Shown: in pieces, positions 53,417 to 62,604 of the stretch
How positions within the stretch are numbered: the first letter of the stretch is position 1
Layout: each line of letters starts with the position of its first letter
Source: Candidatus Omnitrophota bacterium
GTDB lineage: Bacteria; Omnitrophota; Omnitrophia; Omnitrophales; Aquincolibacteriaceae
Direction of reading: 5' to 3'
DNA length: 64,000 bases
Assembly (NCBI GenBank): GCA_016196545.1
Contig: JACPXM010000020.1
Span: 74,626 to 138,625, forward strand
The notes under the pieces: model-generated
What the model was told of the DNA's origin: nothing
What the model saw: only the letters and a program-made list of their open reading frames with translations
Database searches by the model: none
Made by a program: the position numbers and the translations under genes

Positions 53417-55546
53417 ATGAACTCAAAATCGAAAGCACTTTTAAGAATCCTAACCGCAGTTTTTATGATTTTCTTTATGGGAATTCCCGCGCCTCAACTT
53501 CGCGCGCAGGCAGAGTCTGTCCAGGGACAGCTTCCCGGATTATCAGCGAACGCCAAAGCGGCGGATCTCGGTCATAATGCCAAGAATCTTTCCGTTAAAA
53601 AAGATTCACTTACAGACCATCAAGCCGTGATTTTTGAAGTCAAAGGAGATGTTCGGCTTCTTAAAAACGGTGACGGCGAATGGAAAAAAGCCGAAAAGGG
53701 CCTGCTCCTGGAGGCTGGCGATCAAATCCTTACGGGAGAAAAAAGTTCACTGGAATTTGCCTACGATGAATTCTTTCTCAACATAGTTCGCATTGACGAA
53801 AAGACGAAGGCAGAATTCCGTTCCATTGAACCCACGGATCTTTATATGGAAGACGGGACCATTTTTAGCGCCTTAGATGGCCTCGGAGAAGCGGGTAAAT
53901 ATCAAATTTCAACTCCCACCGCTGTGGCTGCCGTACGCGGCACCGAGTTTATCGCGATGGACAATATTTTTGCGACCAACGATCAAGGCGATGCGGCTAA
54001 TCACGCCGTGGATGTCAATGGCACGCTGGTGCCCGAAGGAATGATGTTGGGCCCTGGAGGTCTTGGGGAAATCACGCCTGAGATTCAAAATCTTATGGAT
54101 CAGGGATTAGGAAATTTATCGGAAAATATCGATTCTAATTTACAACAACAGGGTCTTGAGGCATTAGGTTTTGAGGCTCCTGCGGAATCTCAAAATCAAA
54201 ATTTAGAAGGCGACAAACCCGCAGAAGATCAAGCGCCTGAAGCTGAAGGTGATGACAATAAGAACTTCGGCGGCAATCCGCCTAATGATGGTTCTGGCGG
54301 TGGTCCGAATTCAGAAGGAGATCAAGCCTCGGGTCCTTTATCGCTTCATTCGGAGCAAGCGGCGGATACAAAAACGGAGGCCATGATTGATCACGCAGTG
54401 GATGCCTTAATACCGCCTGAAGATTTTCAAAGTCCGGAAGGTTCATCTTTACCCACGGCCTTTAATCAAAATGAAAATGCCGAGGAAGGCGAAGATTCTG
54501 AAAGTAATCAAGGACAGGGAGAAAATCAAAAATTTTTCGGTGATAAAGGGGCTCAGAAACTTGGCGCAGCTAATCTTCCATTGGGCAATGGGCCGGCGCC
54601 TACAGGACCCAACAATACCTTTATGCTCAATGGCCCGGCTTTTCAAGCCCCTGCTTTTGGAGAGAATGGACCTCAGCCTCCCATGGGACCGGGCCCAGTC
54701 GATCAGCCTCCCGCGGTTCATATGGATAGCCTTATGCAATTTTTTGCCGTAGGAGACGGATTTAATCACGATCCCCTGCAAGAAGGGGCCATGCCTCAAA
54801 TGGAGCATTTTGATTTTGCAGGATTCTTTGATAATTTGGGTTTTGAGCCGGAAAAAGCGGAGCAGTTAGCCACGAACTTTACACAGGGATTTACCACCAT
54901 GATGGAACACCCGGACTTTAACCCCACAGGGTTTATTGGAGGCGCAACCTACACTGAAATGGGTCCCATGCCTATGATGGGTCCTATGATGGGTGGCGAA
55001 TTTGGTACTTTCCTAGGAGATGGTACCGGCCAATATACAGGCACCTTTGGGGATTATGAAGGAGGTGCCTTTGAAAATTATGTGGGCGGGGAGTATATCG
55101 ATCCCGTTGCTTACCTTGAGGGTCTGAATTTGAATGAATTGGCCCAGGAATACCTTTATGGGGATGCGGCCTACATTTATGACGCTGCACTTTCCTATCA
55201 AAATCCCTATTATTTTTCTGTCCTGTATTATCTGGAACAGGATCTTACCGCCACGGAAAAAAACCAGCTCTTGACGCAGCAAGTCGCAGAAATTTTGCGC
55301 GGCGCCGCGGTTTTAGGCGAATTCGATGCGGACGTGGATGATGAAAGAATTAGCGGCGTTCGCTATTTTGCCGACCCGACCCATACCTTTGTCAATGCGA
55401 CTTACGATAAAATTTTGGATGACCCCAATGCGACAAGCAATGGCGCTCCTCCGCTCCAGGTGTCAGGGCCAACATCGGAAGATAATTTCTTCATTTATGA
55501 TGTTTGCGCCCACAATACTAACGATTCAGAAGGAAGTAATTGCTAA
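53417..55546 (+). CDS. secreted FecR-domain protein with Gly/Pro/Met/Asn-rich tail (module B, paralogue 2)
   Basis: Signal peptide 'LLRILTAVFMIFFMGIPAPQLRA'. FecR pattern 'EAGDQILTGEKSSLEF...ISTPTAVAAVRGTEFI'. Ends 'CAHNTNDSEGSNC'. Confidence 0.85.
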   Translation: MNSKSKALLRILTAVFMIFFMGIPAPQLRAQAESVQGQLPGLSANAKAADLGHNAKNLSVKKDSLTDHQAVIFEVKGDVRLLKNGDGEWKKAEKGLLLEAGDQILTGEKSSLEFAYDEFFLNIVRIDEKTKAEFRSIEPTDLYMEDGTIFSALDGLGEAGKYQISTPTAVAAVRGTEFIAMDNIFATNDQGDAANHAVDVNGTLVPEGMMLGPGGLGEITPEIQNLMDQGLGNLSENIDSNLQQQGLEALGFEAPAESQNQNLEGDKPAEDQAPEAEGDDNKNFGGNPPNDGSGGGPNSEGDQASGPLSLHSEQAADTKTEAMIDHAVDALIPPEDFQSPEGSSLPTAFNQNENAEEGEDSESNQGQGENQKFFGDKGAQKLGAANLPLGNGPAPTGPNNTFMLNGPAFQAPAFGENGPQPPMGPGPVDQPPAVHMDSLMQFFAVGDGFNHDPLQEGAMPQMEHFDFAGFFDNLGFEPEKAEQLATNFTQGFTTMMEHPDFNPTGFIGGATYTEMGPMPMMGPMMGGEFGTFLGDGTGQYTGTFGDYEGGAFENYVGGEYIDPVAYLEGLNLNELAQEYLYGDAAYIYDAALSYQNPYYFSVLYYLEQDLTATEKNQLLTQQVAEILRGAAVLGEFDADVDDERISGVRYFADPTHTFVNATYDKILDDPNATSNGAPPLQVSGPTSEDNFFIYDVCAHNTNDSEGSNC

Positions 55547-55564
55547 GAGAAATTATTGAGTTAA

Positions 55565-57709
55565 GTGGAAGAAGAACTTAATCAGAAACAGGAAATAAAA
55601 TCGGAAGAGACTCATGAAGAAATTCATGAAGAGCCTGAGTCTCAGTCTGAAGCTGCAGCCCCTTTATCCAAACCTCTCAAAGAAGACCCAAAAAAAGTAG
55701 AATTCACCCCCGCATCCTTATTTAAAAAGCTTGCGGATATTTGTACCGACCGGCGCCGCATTTATGAAGTTCTTGTGGGGCTCTTCCTTCTCCTTGTGAT
55801 GTCCGGTGTCGCCTCCCAGCGCTGGCTGGATCCTTTTGAAAATCTTTTTCTGGATTTACGCTTTCAAGTCCGCGGGGAGAAGCCCTTCCCGCAAGAAATT
55901 ACTCTTGTGGGGATCGATGAACCCAGCCTCGATGTGTTCGGCCGCTGGCCCTGGCCGCGCGACCGTCACGCAGCGCTCATCAATATTCTGCGTCAGACCC
56001 CTTTCCGCCCGGCGGTGGTTGGCTTTGATATTTTATTTGAAAATAAGAATACTTCAGATCCCAAAGGGGATGATGCTCTCGTTTATCAGTCAGGCCAATT
56101 AAAAGAACAAATGATCATGGCCTATTTTTTTGAAAAGGGCTCGGCGCGAAGCTATGAAAAAGATGGGGAAAAGGAACTCTTGTTGGAACGTTTTGCCTTT
56201 CCTCCGTCTAAGGACGACCCTGAAAAGCTTGAATCCTACGATAAAGTTTCTCTTCCCTTTCTTGAGCTTTCCCGATCGAGCGGACTGGCCTTTGCCAACA
56301 CCCCAACGGATAGCGACGGCCGCACGCGATATGCTCAGCTTCTGGGCCGATATGACGGAAAAATTTATCCTTCCATGGATTTACTGGCCATTCTCGCCTA
56401 CCTTGAAGTGGATATTAAAGATGTGCAGATTGAAAGACGTGCCATTGTCATCGAGCAAAGCAAAGTAGGCCGCAAAGTCATCCCCGTGAATAAAAAGGGT
56501 GAACTTTTAATCAATTATTACGGTGAGTCCGATGACATTCCCTCCGTCTCCTTTGTTGGAATTTTGGAAGGCGCCAAGGCTTGGATGGGCGGCGGTAAGG
56601 CCCAGGATTTAAAAGCCTTAAAGGGAAAAATCGTCTTGGTGGGTATTACGGCGCTGGGAATGGGGATTGACCGGCGGGCCACGCCCTTTCATCAGTATGA
56701 GCCCGGCATTAGCCTTCACGCGCAAGTGCTGGCCAATATTTTGGAAAATGAGTATTTGCGGCGAGCCCCAGGATGGGCTTCTTATTTGGCCTTGATTGTG
56801 ACGGGATTTTGCGTGATTCTCGCGACTATGTTCAAAAAAATAAATCGCTCCCTTCCCACGGTTTTGGCGCTTCAATTGCTCTATTTCCTTGTGGCGCAAA
56901 TTTTTTTTAGCCACGGCGTTTGGATTGATGTGGCAGTGCAGGAAGTGACGATGCTCACCCTTTTTACGGGCATCAGTTCCTTTCGTTATTTTTTGGCTCT
57001 TGAGGAGCTCAAACGTACCCAGGAGCAGCTGATTCAGTCCACAAAAATGGCTTCCCTCGGACAACTTTCGGCTGGGATCGCCCATGAATTCCGCAATATT
57101 TTAAATGCCGTGAACCTTCACATTGAATATTGCAGCCTCCCGGGGACACCTCCTGAAAGGGTGATCAAATATTTGGGAACGGTGAAAGGGATTATGACCA
57201 ACGCTAATTTGATTTTGAACGGGCTTCTCACCTTTGCCCGCAAAAGCGAATCGGTGAAGACTCCGGGACGTATGAAAAAAACAGTTGAAGATACGGTGCT
57301 TTTGGTGCAAAAGGCCATGCTTCAGCACACGATTGAATTAAAGACGGAACTTGAAGAAGTCCCCAAAATTGCATATGATTCAGGGCAGATTTCACAAGTC
57401 ATTATGAATTTAATCAACAATGGCCGGGACGCATTTAAAGATAAGCCCGAAGGGCGCGAAATTACGCTTCGATTGAAATCCGTTCCAAATGGTATTCAGC
57501 TGGATATCGCCGATAACGGATGCGGCATCCCCCCTCAAGTCATGAAACGCCTTTTTGAACCCTTTGTGACCAGTAAGCCGGCGGGCAAGGGGACGGGCCT
57601 GGGTCTTTCGGTCTGTCACGGCATTATTCGTAATCACGGAGGCGATATCAAAGTCACCACCGCCCAGGGCAAAGGCACGACCTGGCACATCTTTTTACCC
57701 CAAACATGA
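55565..57709 (+). CDS. CHASE2-domain sensor histidine kinase
   Basis: GTG start. Acidic N-terminal tail. CHASE2 hallmark 'FGRWPWPRDRHAALI'. TM helices. H-box 'GIAHEFRNILN'. N/G boxes 'NLINNGRDA', 'DNGCGI', 'GTGLGLSV'. Confidence 0.9.
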   Translation: MEEELNQKQEIKSEETHEEIHEEPESQSEAAAPLSKPLKEDPKKVEFTPASLFKKLADICTDRRRIYEVLVGLFLLLVMSGVASQRWLDPFENLFLDLRFQVRGEKPFPQEITLVGIDEPSLDVFGRWPWPRDRHAALINILRQTPFRPAVVGFDILFENKNTSDPKGDDALVYQSGQLKEQMIMAYFFEKGSARSYEKDGEKELLLERFAFPPSKDDPEKLESYDKVSLPFLELSRSSGLAFANTPTDSDGRTRYAQLLGRYDGKIYPSMDLLAILAYLEVDIKDVQIERRAIVIEQSKVGRKVIPVNKKGELLINYYGESDDIPSVSFVGILEGAKAWMGGGKAQDLKALKGKIVLVGITALGMGIDRRATPFHQYEPGISLHAQVLANILENEYLRRAPGWASYLALIVTGFCVILATMFKKINRSLPTVLALQLLYFLVAQIFFSHGVWIDVAVQEVTMLTLFTGISSFRYFLALEELKRTQEQLIQSTKMASLGQLSAGIAHEFRNILNAVNLHIEYCSLPGTPPERVIKYLGTVKGIMTNANLILNGLLTFARKSESVKTPGRMKKTVEDTVLLVQKAMLQHTIELKTELEEVPKIAYDSGQISQVIMNLINNGRDAFKDKPEGREITLRLKSVPNGIQLDIADNGCGIPPQVMKRLFEPFVTSKPAGKGTGLGLSVCHGIIRNHGGDIKVTTAQGKGTTWHIFLPQT

Positions 57710-57713
57710 AATT

Positions 57714-57790
57714 CAAAAGTCAAAAATTAAAAGTCAAAAGTACAAGGCAAAAGTCAAAATTTATTTTTAACTTTTTACTTTTGAGTTTTG
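57714..57790. repeat. A/T-rich repeat cluster: three direct AAAAGTCAAAA copies plus inverted partners
   Basis: AAAAGTCAAAA occurs at 57715-57725, 57729-57739 and 57749-57759. AACTTTTTACTTTT (57769-57782) and TTTTGAGTTTTG (57779-57790) are imperfect reverse complements of the first two copies. This fills the HK-RR intergenic gap. Confidence 0.8.
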
Positions 57791-57800
57791 ATTTAGCGAG

Positions 57801-58175
57801 ATGCGCATAATGGCGCGCGGAACGATACTCCTCATTGACGACGAAATCGACATACGCGGATTCCTCAAAGATTTTTTTGAGGACCGCGATTTTAATGTCG
57901 AAACGGCCTCGGACGGCGCGGAGGGCGTTGAAAAATTTAAGAAAGGAAAATTCGATTTGGTCGTAAGCGATATGCTCATGCCAAAATTGATCGGTTTGGA
58001 AGTTTTAAGGCAAATCCGTGCGGCAAAGCCGGATCAGCGTGTGATCATGATGACCGGTGTTAAAGAAGAATCCATGATGGCGAAGGCCAAAGAGCTTGGC
58101 TGTCATGACTATTTGACGAAACCCGTTCAATTGGCTCAACTCGTTGAAAAGATAACAGAGTGTTTTCCGGAATAG
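57801..58175 (+). CDS. single-domain (CheY-like) response regulator
   Basis: 'ILLIDDE', 'DLVVSDMLMP', 'IMMTG' and 'LTKP' receiver motifs. 124 aa with no output domain. Confidence 0.9.
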   Translation: MRIMARGTILLIDDEIDIRGFLKDFFEDRDFNVETASDGAEGVEKFKKGKFDLVVSDMLMPKLIGLEVLRQIRAAKPDQRVIMMTGVKEESMMAKAKELGCHDYLTKPVQLAQLVEKITECFPE

Positions 58176-58182
58176 CCCTGCT

Positions 58183-58215
58183 CACCCGGTGTGAAAAGCA
58201 TTTACACACCGGGTG
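58183..58215. repeat. CACCCGGTGTG-type hairpin element, copy 2 (terminator-like)
   Basis: CACCCGGTGTG / AAAAGCATTTA / CACACCGGGTG. It begins 8 nt after the response-regulator stop. Confidence 0.8.
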
Positions 58216-58284
58216 TGTGGGTTAATATAAAAATTGCTTCGATAATGTATCTCTCTGAAGTAAAATACGGCACTTGAGGTACCT

Positions 58285-60261
58285 TTGAAGAGCTTTTTAA
58301 AAGTATTTTATAAATTCCTTTTTTTCTTCATTTTATTTCCTCATTTCCTTCCCGCTGAAATTGAAAAGGGCCTTTCTGACGAGGCGCTTTTGGATTTGAT
58401 TCAAAGGCGAAGTTTCCGCTATTTTGAAATCGAAAAAAATCCCAAATCAGGACTTGTTTATGATCGCGCCCATAATTTTAAATCGGGCGCTCTTCGAGCT
58501 CCGGCAAGCATTGCGGCAACGGGATTTGCCTTAACGGCCTACGGGGTTGCGGTTCACCGAAATTGGATGGACCGCGCCAGCGCCCAGGAAATAACCCGGC
58601 GAACGCTTGAAACCTTTCTCACCCAAGTCGACCAGGAGCATGGATTTTTTTATCATTTTCTTGATCCCGTGACTGCGAAAAGGGTGAATCACTCTGAACT
58701 TTCCCCCATCGATACTGCTCTTTTTTTGGCAGGTGTTTTATTTGCCGCGGAATTTTATGAAGATCCTCCTATTCGCGATTTGGCCATGGAGATTTATGAA
58801 AGGGTGGATTGGCCCTGGATGCTTTCAGGCGGTGAAACATTTCGTTTGGCATGGTCCCCGGAGAATGGGTTTGATCGCAATCGCTGGGATCATTACAATG
58901 AATCCCTGATTCTTTATCTTCTCGCAATCGGTTCGCCCACGCATCCGATCCCCGCCTCAAGCTGGAAGGTTCTTCGGCGACCCGTCGGGAGTTACCGCAA
59001 TTACCGTTTAATCCAGTCTCCGCCGCTTTTCACCCATCAATATTCGCATATTTGGATTGATTTCCATGGAAAAAATGACGGATTTGCAGATTATTTTCAA
59101 AACTCCGTGCAGGCTTCCCTTGCAAACCGCGCCTTTGCCATCGATCAAAGCGCTAATTTTCAAAGCTACGGTCCTAATTCCTGGGGGTTTACGGCCTCTG
59201 ATGCCCCTTTTGGTTATAAGGCCTACGGGGCGCCTCCGGGTTGGGCGGAGCATGACGGCACGATAGCTCCAACCGGTTGTGGGAGTTCCATCGTCTTCAC
59301 ACCCAAAGAGTCGGTGGAATGCCTTAGGCATTTTTATGAAAATTTGGGGGACAGGCTTTGGGGAGAATACGGATTTTCCGATGCCTTCAATCTGGACCGG
59401 GACTGGTTTGCCCCGGAAGTGATTGGAATCGATCAAGGCGCGCTTTTATCGATGATTGAAAATCACCGCAGCGCTCTGATTTGGGAAACCATGACTCGAA
59501 ATACCTTTCTTCAAAGCGCGATGAAAAAAGTGGGCTTTGTCGCCGGTCCTAAAGAACTCCCTTGGCCTGAGCCGCCTCACTATGAAGTTCCTTATATGCT
59601 GGGAGGTCCTGAGATTGACGGCTATTTGAAGGAATGGCCTTCGGCTTACCCTGTGATTATTCTCGATAAAAACCAAATCGAAGGAGGTGAGGTCAAAGAC
59701 GATCAGGACCTGAAGGGGGAAATCCGCTTTGCCTGGGATGAAGAAGCGCTTTATTTTTCAGTGAAAGTGACGGATGATAGTCTGAATTTGAAGAAGACCG
59801 GAAAGAATATCTGGCAAGATGATTGCATTGAAATCTTTGTGGATCCCGCAGGGGACGGACTTTTTTGGTACGATGAAAGCGATTTTCAAATTGGATTTCG
59901 TCCCGAAGCAAATTCCGAAGAGGTCCTCGCCTGGTCATGGTTTCAAGGGGGAATGGATCCCGCGTCCAAGTCGCTCGTGAGGGCGCATGGGTTCACTTAC
60001 GAAAACGGTTATATTCTGGAAGCTGCAATTCGCTGGAAAATGCTCGGCCTGAAGCCCGTCGCGGGATCCGAGTTCCGGCTTTCGGCGGCTCTTCACGACC
60101 TCGACAAAGACCGAAGCCAAGCCAAACTTCAATGGTTTTTCCGTAACGAGGAGGCCTGGAAACGGTTTGTGCTTGGGAAACTGCGTTTGAAAGGTGGCGA
60201 AGGCATTCACGGCCATGAAACTCAAAAGGAAGATTTAAAAATTTCTCAGGAGGATTTTTAA
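58285..60261 (+). CDS. secreted glucoamylase-family (DUF3131 / GH144 beta-1,2-glucanase-like) protein with C-terminal CBM9-like domain
   Basis: TTG start and a signal peptide. 'SFRYFEIEKNPKSGLVYDR', 'SIAATGFALTAYG', 'HGFFYHFLD', 'SPIDTALFLAG'. C-terminal 'EIDGYLKEWP...IRFAWDEEALYFSVKVTDD...DDCIEIFVDP' fits the CBM9 pattern. Confidence 0.8.
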   Translation: MKSFLKVFYKFLFFFILFPHFLPAEIEKGLSDEALLDLIQRRSFRYFEIEKNPKSGLVYDRAHNFKSGALRAPASIAATGFALTAYGVAVHRNWMDRASAQEITRRTLETFLTQVDQEHGFFYHFLDPVTAKRVNHSELSPIDTALFLAGVLFAAEFYEDPPIRDLAMEIYERVDWPWMLSGGETFRLAWSPENGFDRNRWDHYNESLILYLLAIGSPTHPIPASSWKVLRRPVGSYRNYRLIQSPPLFTHQYSHIWIDFHGKNDGFADYFQNSVQASLANRAFAIDQSANFQSYGPNSWGFTASDAPFGYKAYGAPPGWAEHDGTIAPTGCGSSIVFTPKESVECLRHFYENLGDRLWGEYGFSDAFNLDRDWFAPEVIGIDQGALLSMIENHRSALIWETMTRNTFLQSAMKKVGFVAGPKELPWPEPPHYEVPYMLGGPEIDGYLKEWPSAYPVIILDKNQIEGGEVKDDQDLKGEIRFAWDEEALYFSVKVTDDSLNLKKTGKNIWQDDCIEIFVDPAGDGLFWYDESDFQIGFRPEANSEEVLAWSWFQGGMDPASKSLVRAHGFTYENGYILEAAIRWKMLGLKPVAGSEFRLSAALHDLDKDRSQAKLQWFFRNEEAWKRFVLGKLRLKGGEGIHGHETQKEDLKISQEDF

Positions 60262-60266
60262 TTTCG

Positions 60267-60905
60267 ATGAAAAGAAAAAAAAGGCAAACCCTCTACGAAA
60301 TTTTGACCGTGCATTCCACCACCGCCCGAAAAAAAGACCTTCACGCGGAAAAAATCGAAATCGGAAAACAGGTCCGCCTCCTGCGAAAAACAAAGAATCT
60401 TTCCGGAGTTGAGTTTTGTCGCAGGGCCGGGAATTTAAATCCAAAAACTTTGACGGCGGTTGAAAAAGGACGCATTAAGAACCCCTCGGTTCAAACCCTA
60501 AAATCCTTGGCCCATGGCTTGGATATGACGATCAGTGACCTCTTCCGGACGATTGAAGTAGAATTTGACCGAAACATTTATGCCAGTTCCCAGCGCGGAT
60601 TTTATGAAATCAATTTTTACAGCGGAGTTAAAATGATTTCACTGACGCCGTTTATCCATGAATTTTTTTGCGGGAAGCTTATTTTAGGGGCCCGCAAACG
60701 CGTGGATCAAACCCTCTTAAAACACCCGCGCCCCTTTTTTATTTCTAATCTCATCGGACGTTTTGAAATCACGGTTGAAGATAAAAAAATCCCCCTGAAG
60801 GAGGGGGAAAATCTCTATTTTAATGGTGCGTTCCGGCATCTCTTTTATAACCCTCTTGAAAGGGAATCCACGCTTCTGGTGGTGACGGCACCTTCCTTTG
60901 TTTAG
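60267..60905 (+). CDS. XRE-family HTH transcriptional regulator with C-terminal cupin domain
   Basis: 'IGKQVRLLRKTKNLSGVEFCRRAG...LTAVEKGRIKNPSVQTLKSLAHGLDMTISDLF' is an HTH_3 pattern. The C-terminal beta-rich ~100 aa is cupin-like. Confidence 0.75.
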   Translation: MKRKKRQTLYEILTVHSTTARKKDLHAEKIEIGKQVRLLRKTKNLSGVEFCRRAGNLNPKTLTAVEKGRIKNPSVQTLKSLAHGLDMTISDLFRTIEVEFDRNIYASSQRGFYEINFYSGVKMISLTPFIHEFFCGKLILGARKRVDQTLLKHPRPFFISNLIGRFEITVEDKKIPLKEGENLYFNGAFRHLFYNPLERESTLLVVTAPSFV

Positions 60906-60972
60906 GATGTGGGTTATTTTAAGTCAGGTGAAGCTTAAGCCGATACTAAGATGATTCTCTAGATTTTAACCT

Positions 60973-62604
60973 ATGAAAATTGTGATTCCACTTGTCCTGA
61001 GTTTGTTGGTAGGCGCGGCCGTGGGTGCCGAAGAGGCGAAGGTTTCGCCCGTGACCCTGGAGAAAGAAAACGTCAAGGGCCAAGTCAAGGTCCTGCGCGA
61101 AAAACGGTTTCATCAAATGCCCTATCTCGACCGAGACTATGTGCGCAAGACCCTCAGCGAAAAAAAAGTCAGGGCGCAAATAGCCTTTGGTTCGGAGGGC
61201 ATCAAAAACCTTTCCGAAATTATCGATTATGCCCTCCGGATTCACACGCCGGCCCGCGCGGCTCACGAACGCATCGCATTGGCCCGGCGCCGAATTATCG
61301 CAGCGCTTCGGGGCCTTTTTCCGGAAGCGAATTTCGAAATGAATGAGCGCGAAGGCGTACTCTCGGATGATCAATACAACTCGTTTAATTACCGTTTTAG
61401 TTTTAAACAGCCTCTTTTTAGAGGGGGCATTTTGTGGAACACGCTTTTGCAGGAAAAGGCGGGACTTGAAGCAGCGGAAAAAGAATACGACGCTGCGTTG
61501 AGCGACCTTATTAGCGAACTTGCGGCTGCCTACTTTGAATTCAACCGTGCGAGCCAAATCTTGAAAGACCAGCAGGAATCGGTAGAAAAGGTCAAGCGGT
61601 TTTCCGACCTTTCCCGCCAAAAATTGGAAGCGGAAATTATTTCTGAAATTGAGAATCTCAACACCCAGTCGCTTGTGAGCCAGATGGAATATGACCTTGA
61701 AACTTCCAAACAGGAATTTGAACTCGCCCAGCTTGAATTATCCAAATTTTTGGATTTGATGGGCCATACGACCTTTTCGGTTGAAAGTCCTTATGCCTTA
61801 AAAGACCTCATCGCCAAATCGGAAGTTGAGGAAGAAGCCGGCTCTTATGATTTTGAAGGGGAAATCAAATTGCCAGCGTTGGTCGAGCTCGTGGACCTGG
61901 CCTATCAAAATCGCCCAGAATTAAGGGTGGAGGCCGCCAAACTTCAGTCGGCGCGGCTTGAGGAGCGTGTCAAGTGGGGGGCGATGCTCCCCCAGGCGGA
62001 TATTACGCTTGAGTTTGGAAAATTGGGAGAAGCCTTTGATGTTTTTTCCATGGATCCCGGCCTGCGTACGGAATTCCGTTTGGCCCTTGAAATGAATTGG
62101 AATGCGGCCGGCAACAAAGTCGGTTATACTTTTGAAAACGATGAGCGCGCACCTTCGGTGACACAGTTCCTTTCAGGCAGTGGTTCTCAAGTGACCCGCA
62201 ACACGTTGAAGGCCGGGCTTCTGGACGGATTAGGTGACTGGGTGTCCGCCAAAGAAGCGGAAGTGGAGCGTCTCGATCAGGTGATTGAGCTTGAAAAGGC
62301 CGAGAAGGAAGCCGTGCATGACGTCAAACAGGCCTATTTTGATTTCGAGAAATCCCGTATTCAGGTCAAATCGTCCGTTCAGCGGGTCGGCTATCGTAAG
62401 AGGCTTCTCGAACTTCAAGTGCACAAGCTTGAAAAAAATGAGATTCAAATTTCCGAATACGTCCAGGCCGAATTGGATTTGACCCAGGAAATTGCATCCC
62501 TTCACAAAGCCCTTGCAGAATACTACACGGCCAAGGCGAAATTGAATCATTCGGTGGGCATTCGTAATTTCTTAAAAATCGAGACCCTGGTTGATGGAAA
62601 ATAA
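60973..62604 (+). CDS. TolC-family outer-membrane efflux protein
   Basis: Signal peptide 'MKIVIPLVLSLLVGAAVGA'. Two repeated coiled-coil/beta halves with motifs such as 'AYQNRPELR'. Followed by MFP and RND genes. Confidence 0.85.
   Translation: MKIVIPLVLSLLVGAAVGAEEAKVSPVTLEKENVKGQVKVLREKRFHQMPYLDRDYVRKTLSEKKVRAQIAFGSEGIKNLSEIIDYALRIHTPARAAHERIALARRRIIAALRGLFPEANFEMNEREGVLSDDQYNSFNYRFSFKQPLFRGGILWNTLLQEKAGLEAAEKEYDAALSDLISELAAAYFEFNRASQILKDQQESVEKVKRFSDLSRQKLEAEIISEIENLNTQSLVSQMEYDLETSKQEFELAQLELSKFLDLMGHTTFSVESPYALKDLIAKSEVEEEAGSYDFEGEIKLPALVELVDLAYQNRPELRVEAAKLQSARLEERVKWGAMLPQADITLEFGKLGEAFDVFSMDPGLRTEFRLALEMNWNAAGNKVGYTFENDERAPSVTQFLSGSGSQVTRNTLKAGLLDGLGDWVSAKEAEVERLDQVIELEKAEKEAVHDVKQAYFDFEKSRIQVKSSVQRVGYRKRLLELQVHKLEKNEIQISEYVQAELDLTQEIASLHKALAEYYTAKAKLNHSVGIRNFLKIETLVDGK

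Noticed and set aside
57683-57698. Sigma-54-like TGGCAC-N5-TTTAC near the end of the kinase gene
   Set aside because: The -12 element lacks the conserved GC (TTTAC versus TTGCW). It lies inside the coding sequence, and no enhancer-binding protein is encoded nearby.
60946-61620. 224-aa ORF on the - strand
   Set aside because: It is fully antisense to the well-supported TolC-family gene. The translation is Arg/Lys/Phe-rich with no motif, so it is a shadow ORF.
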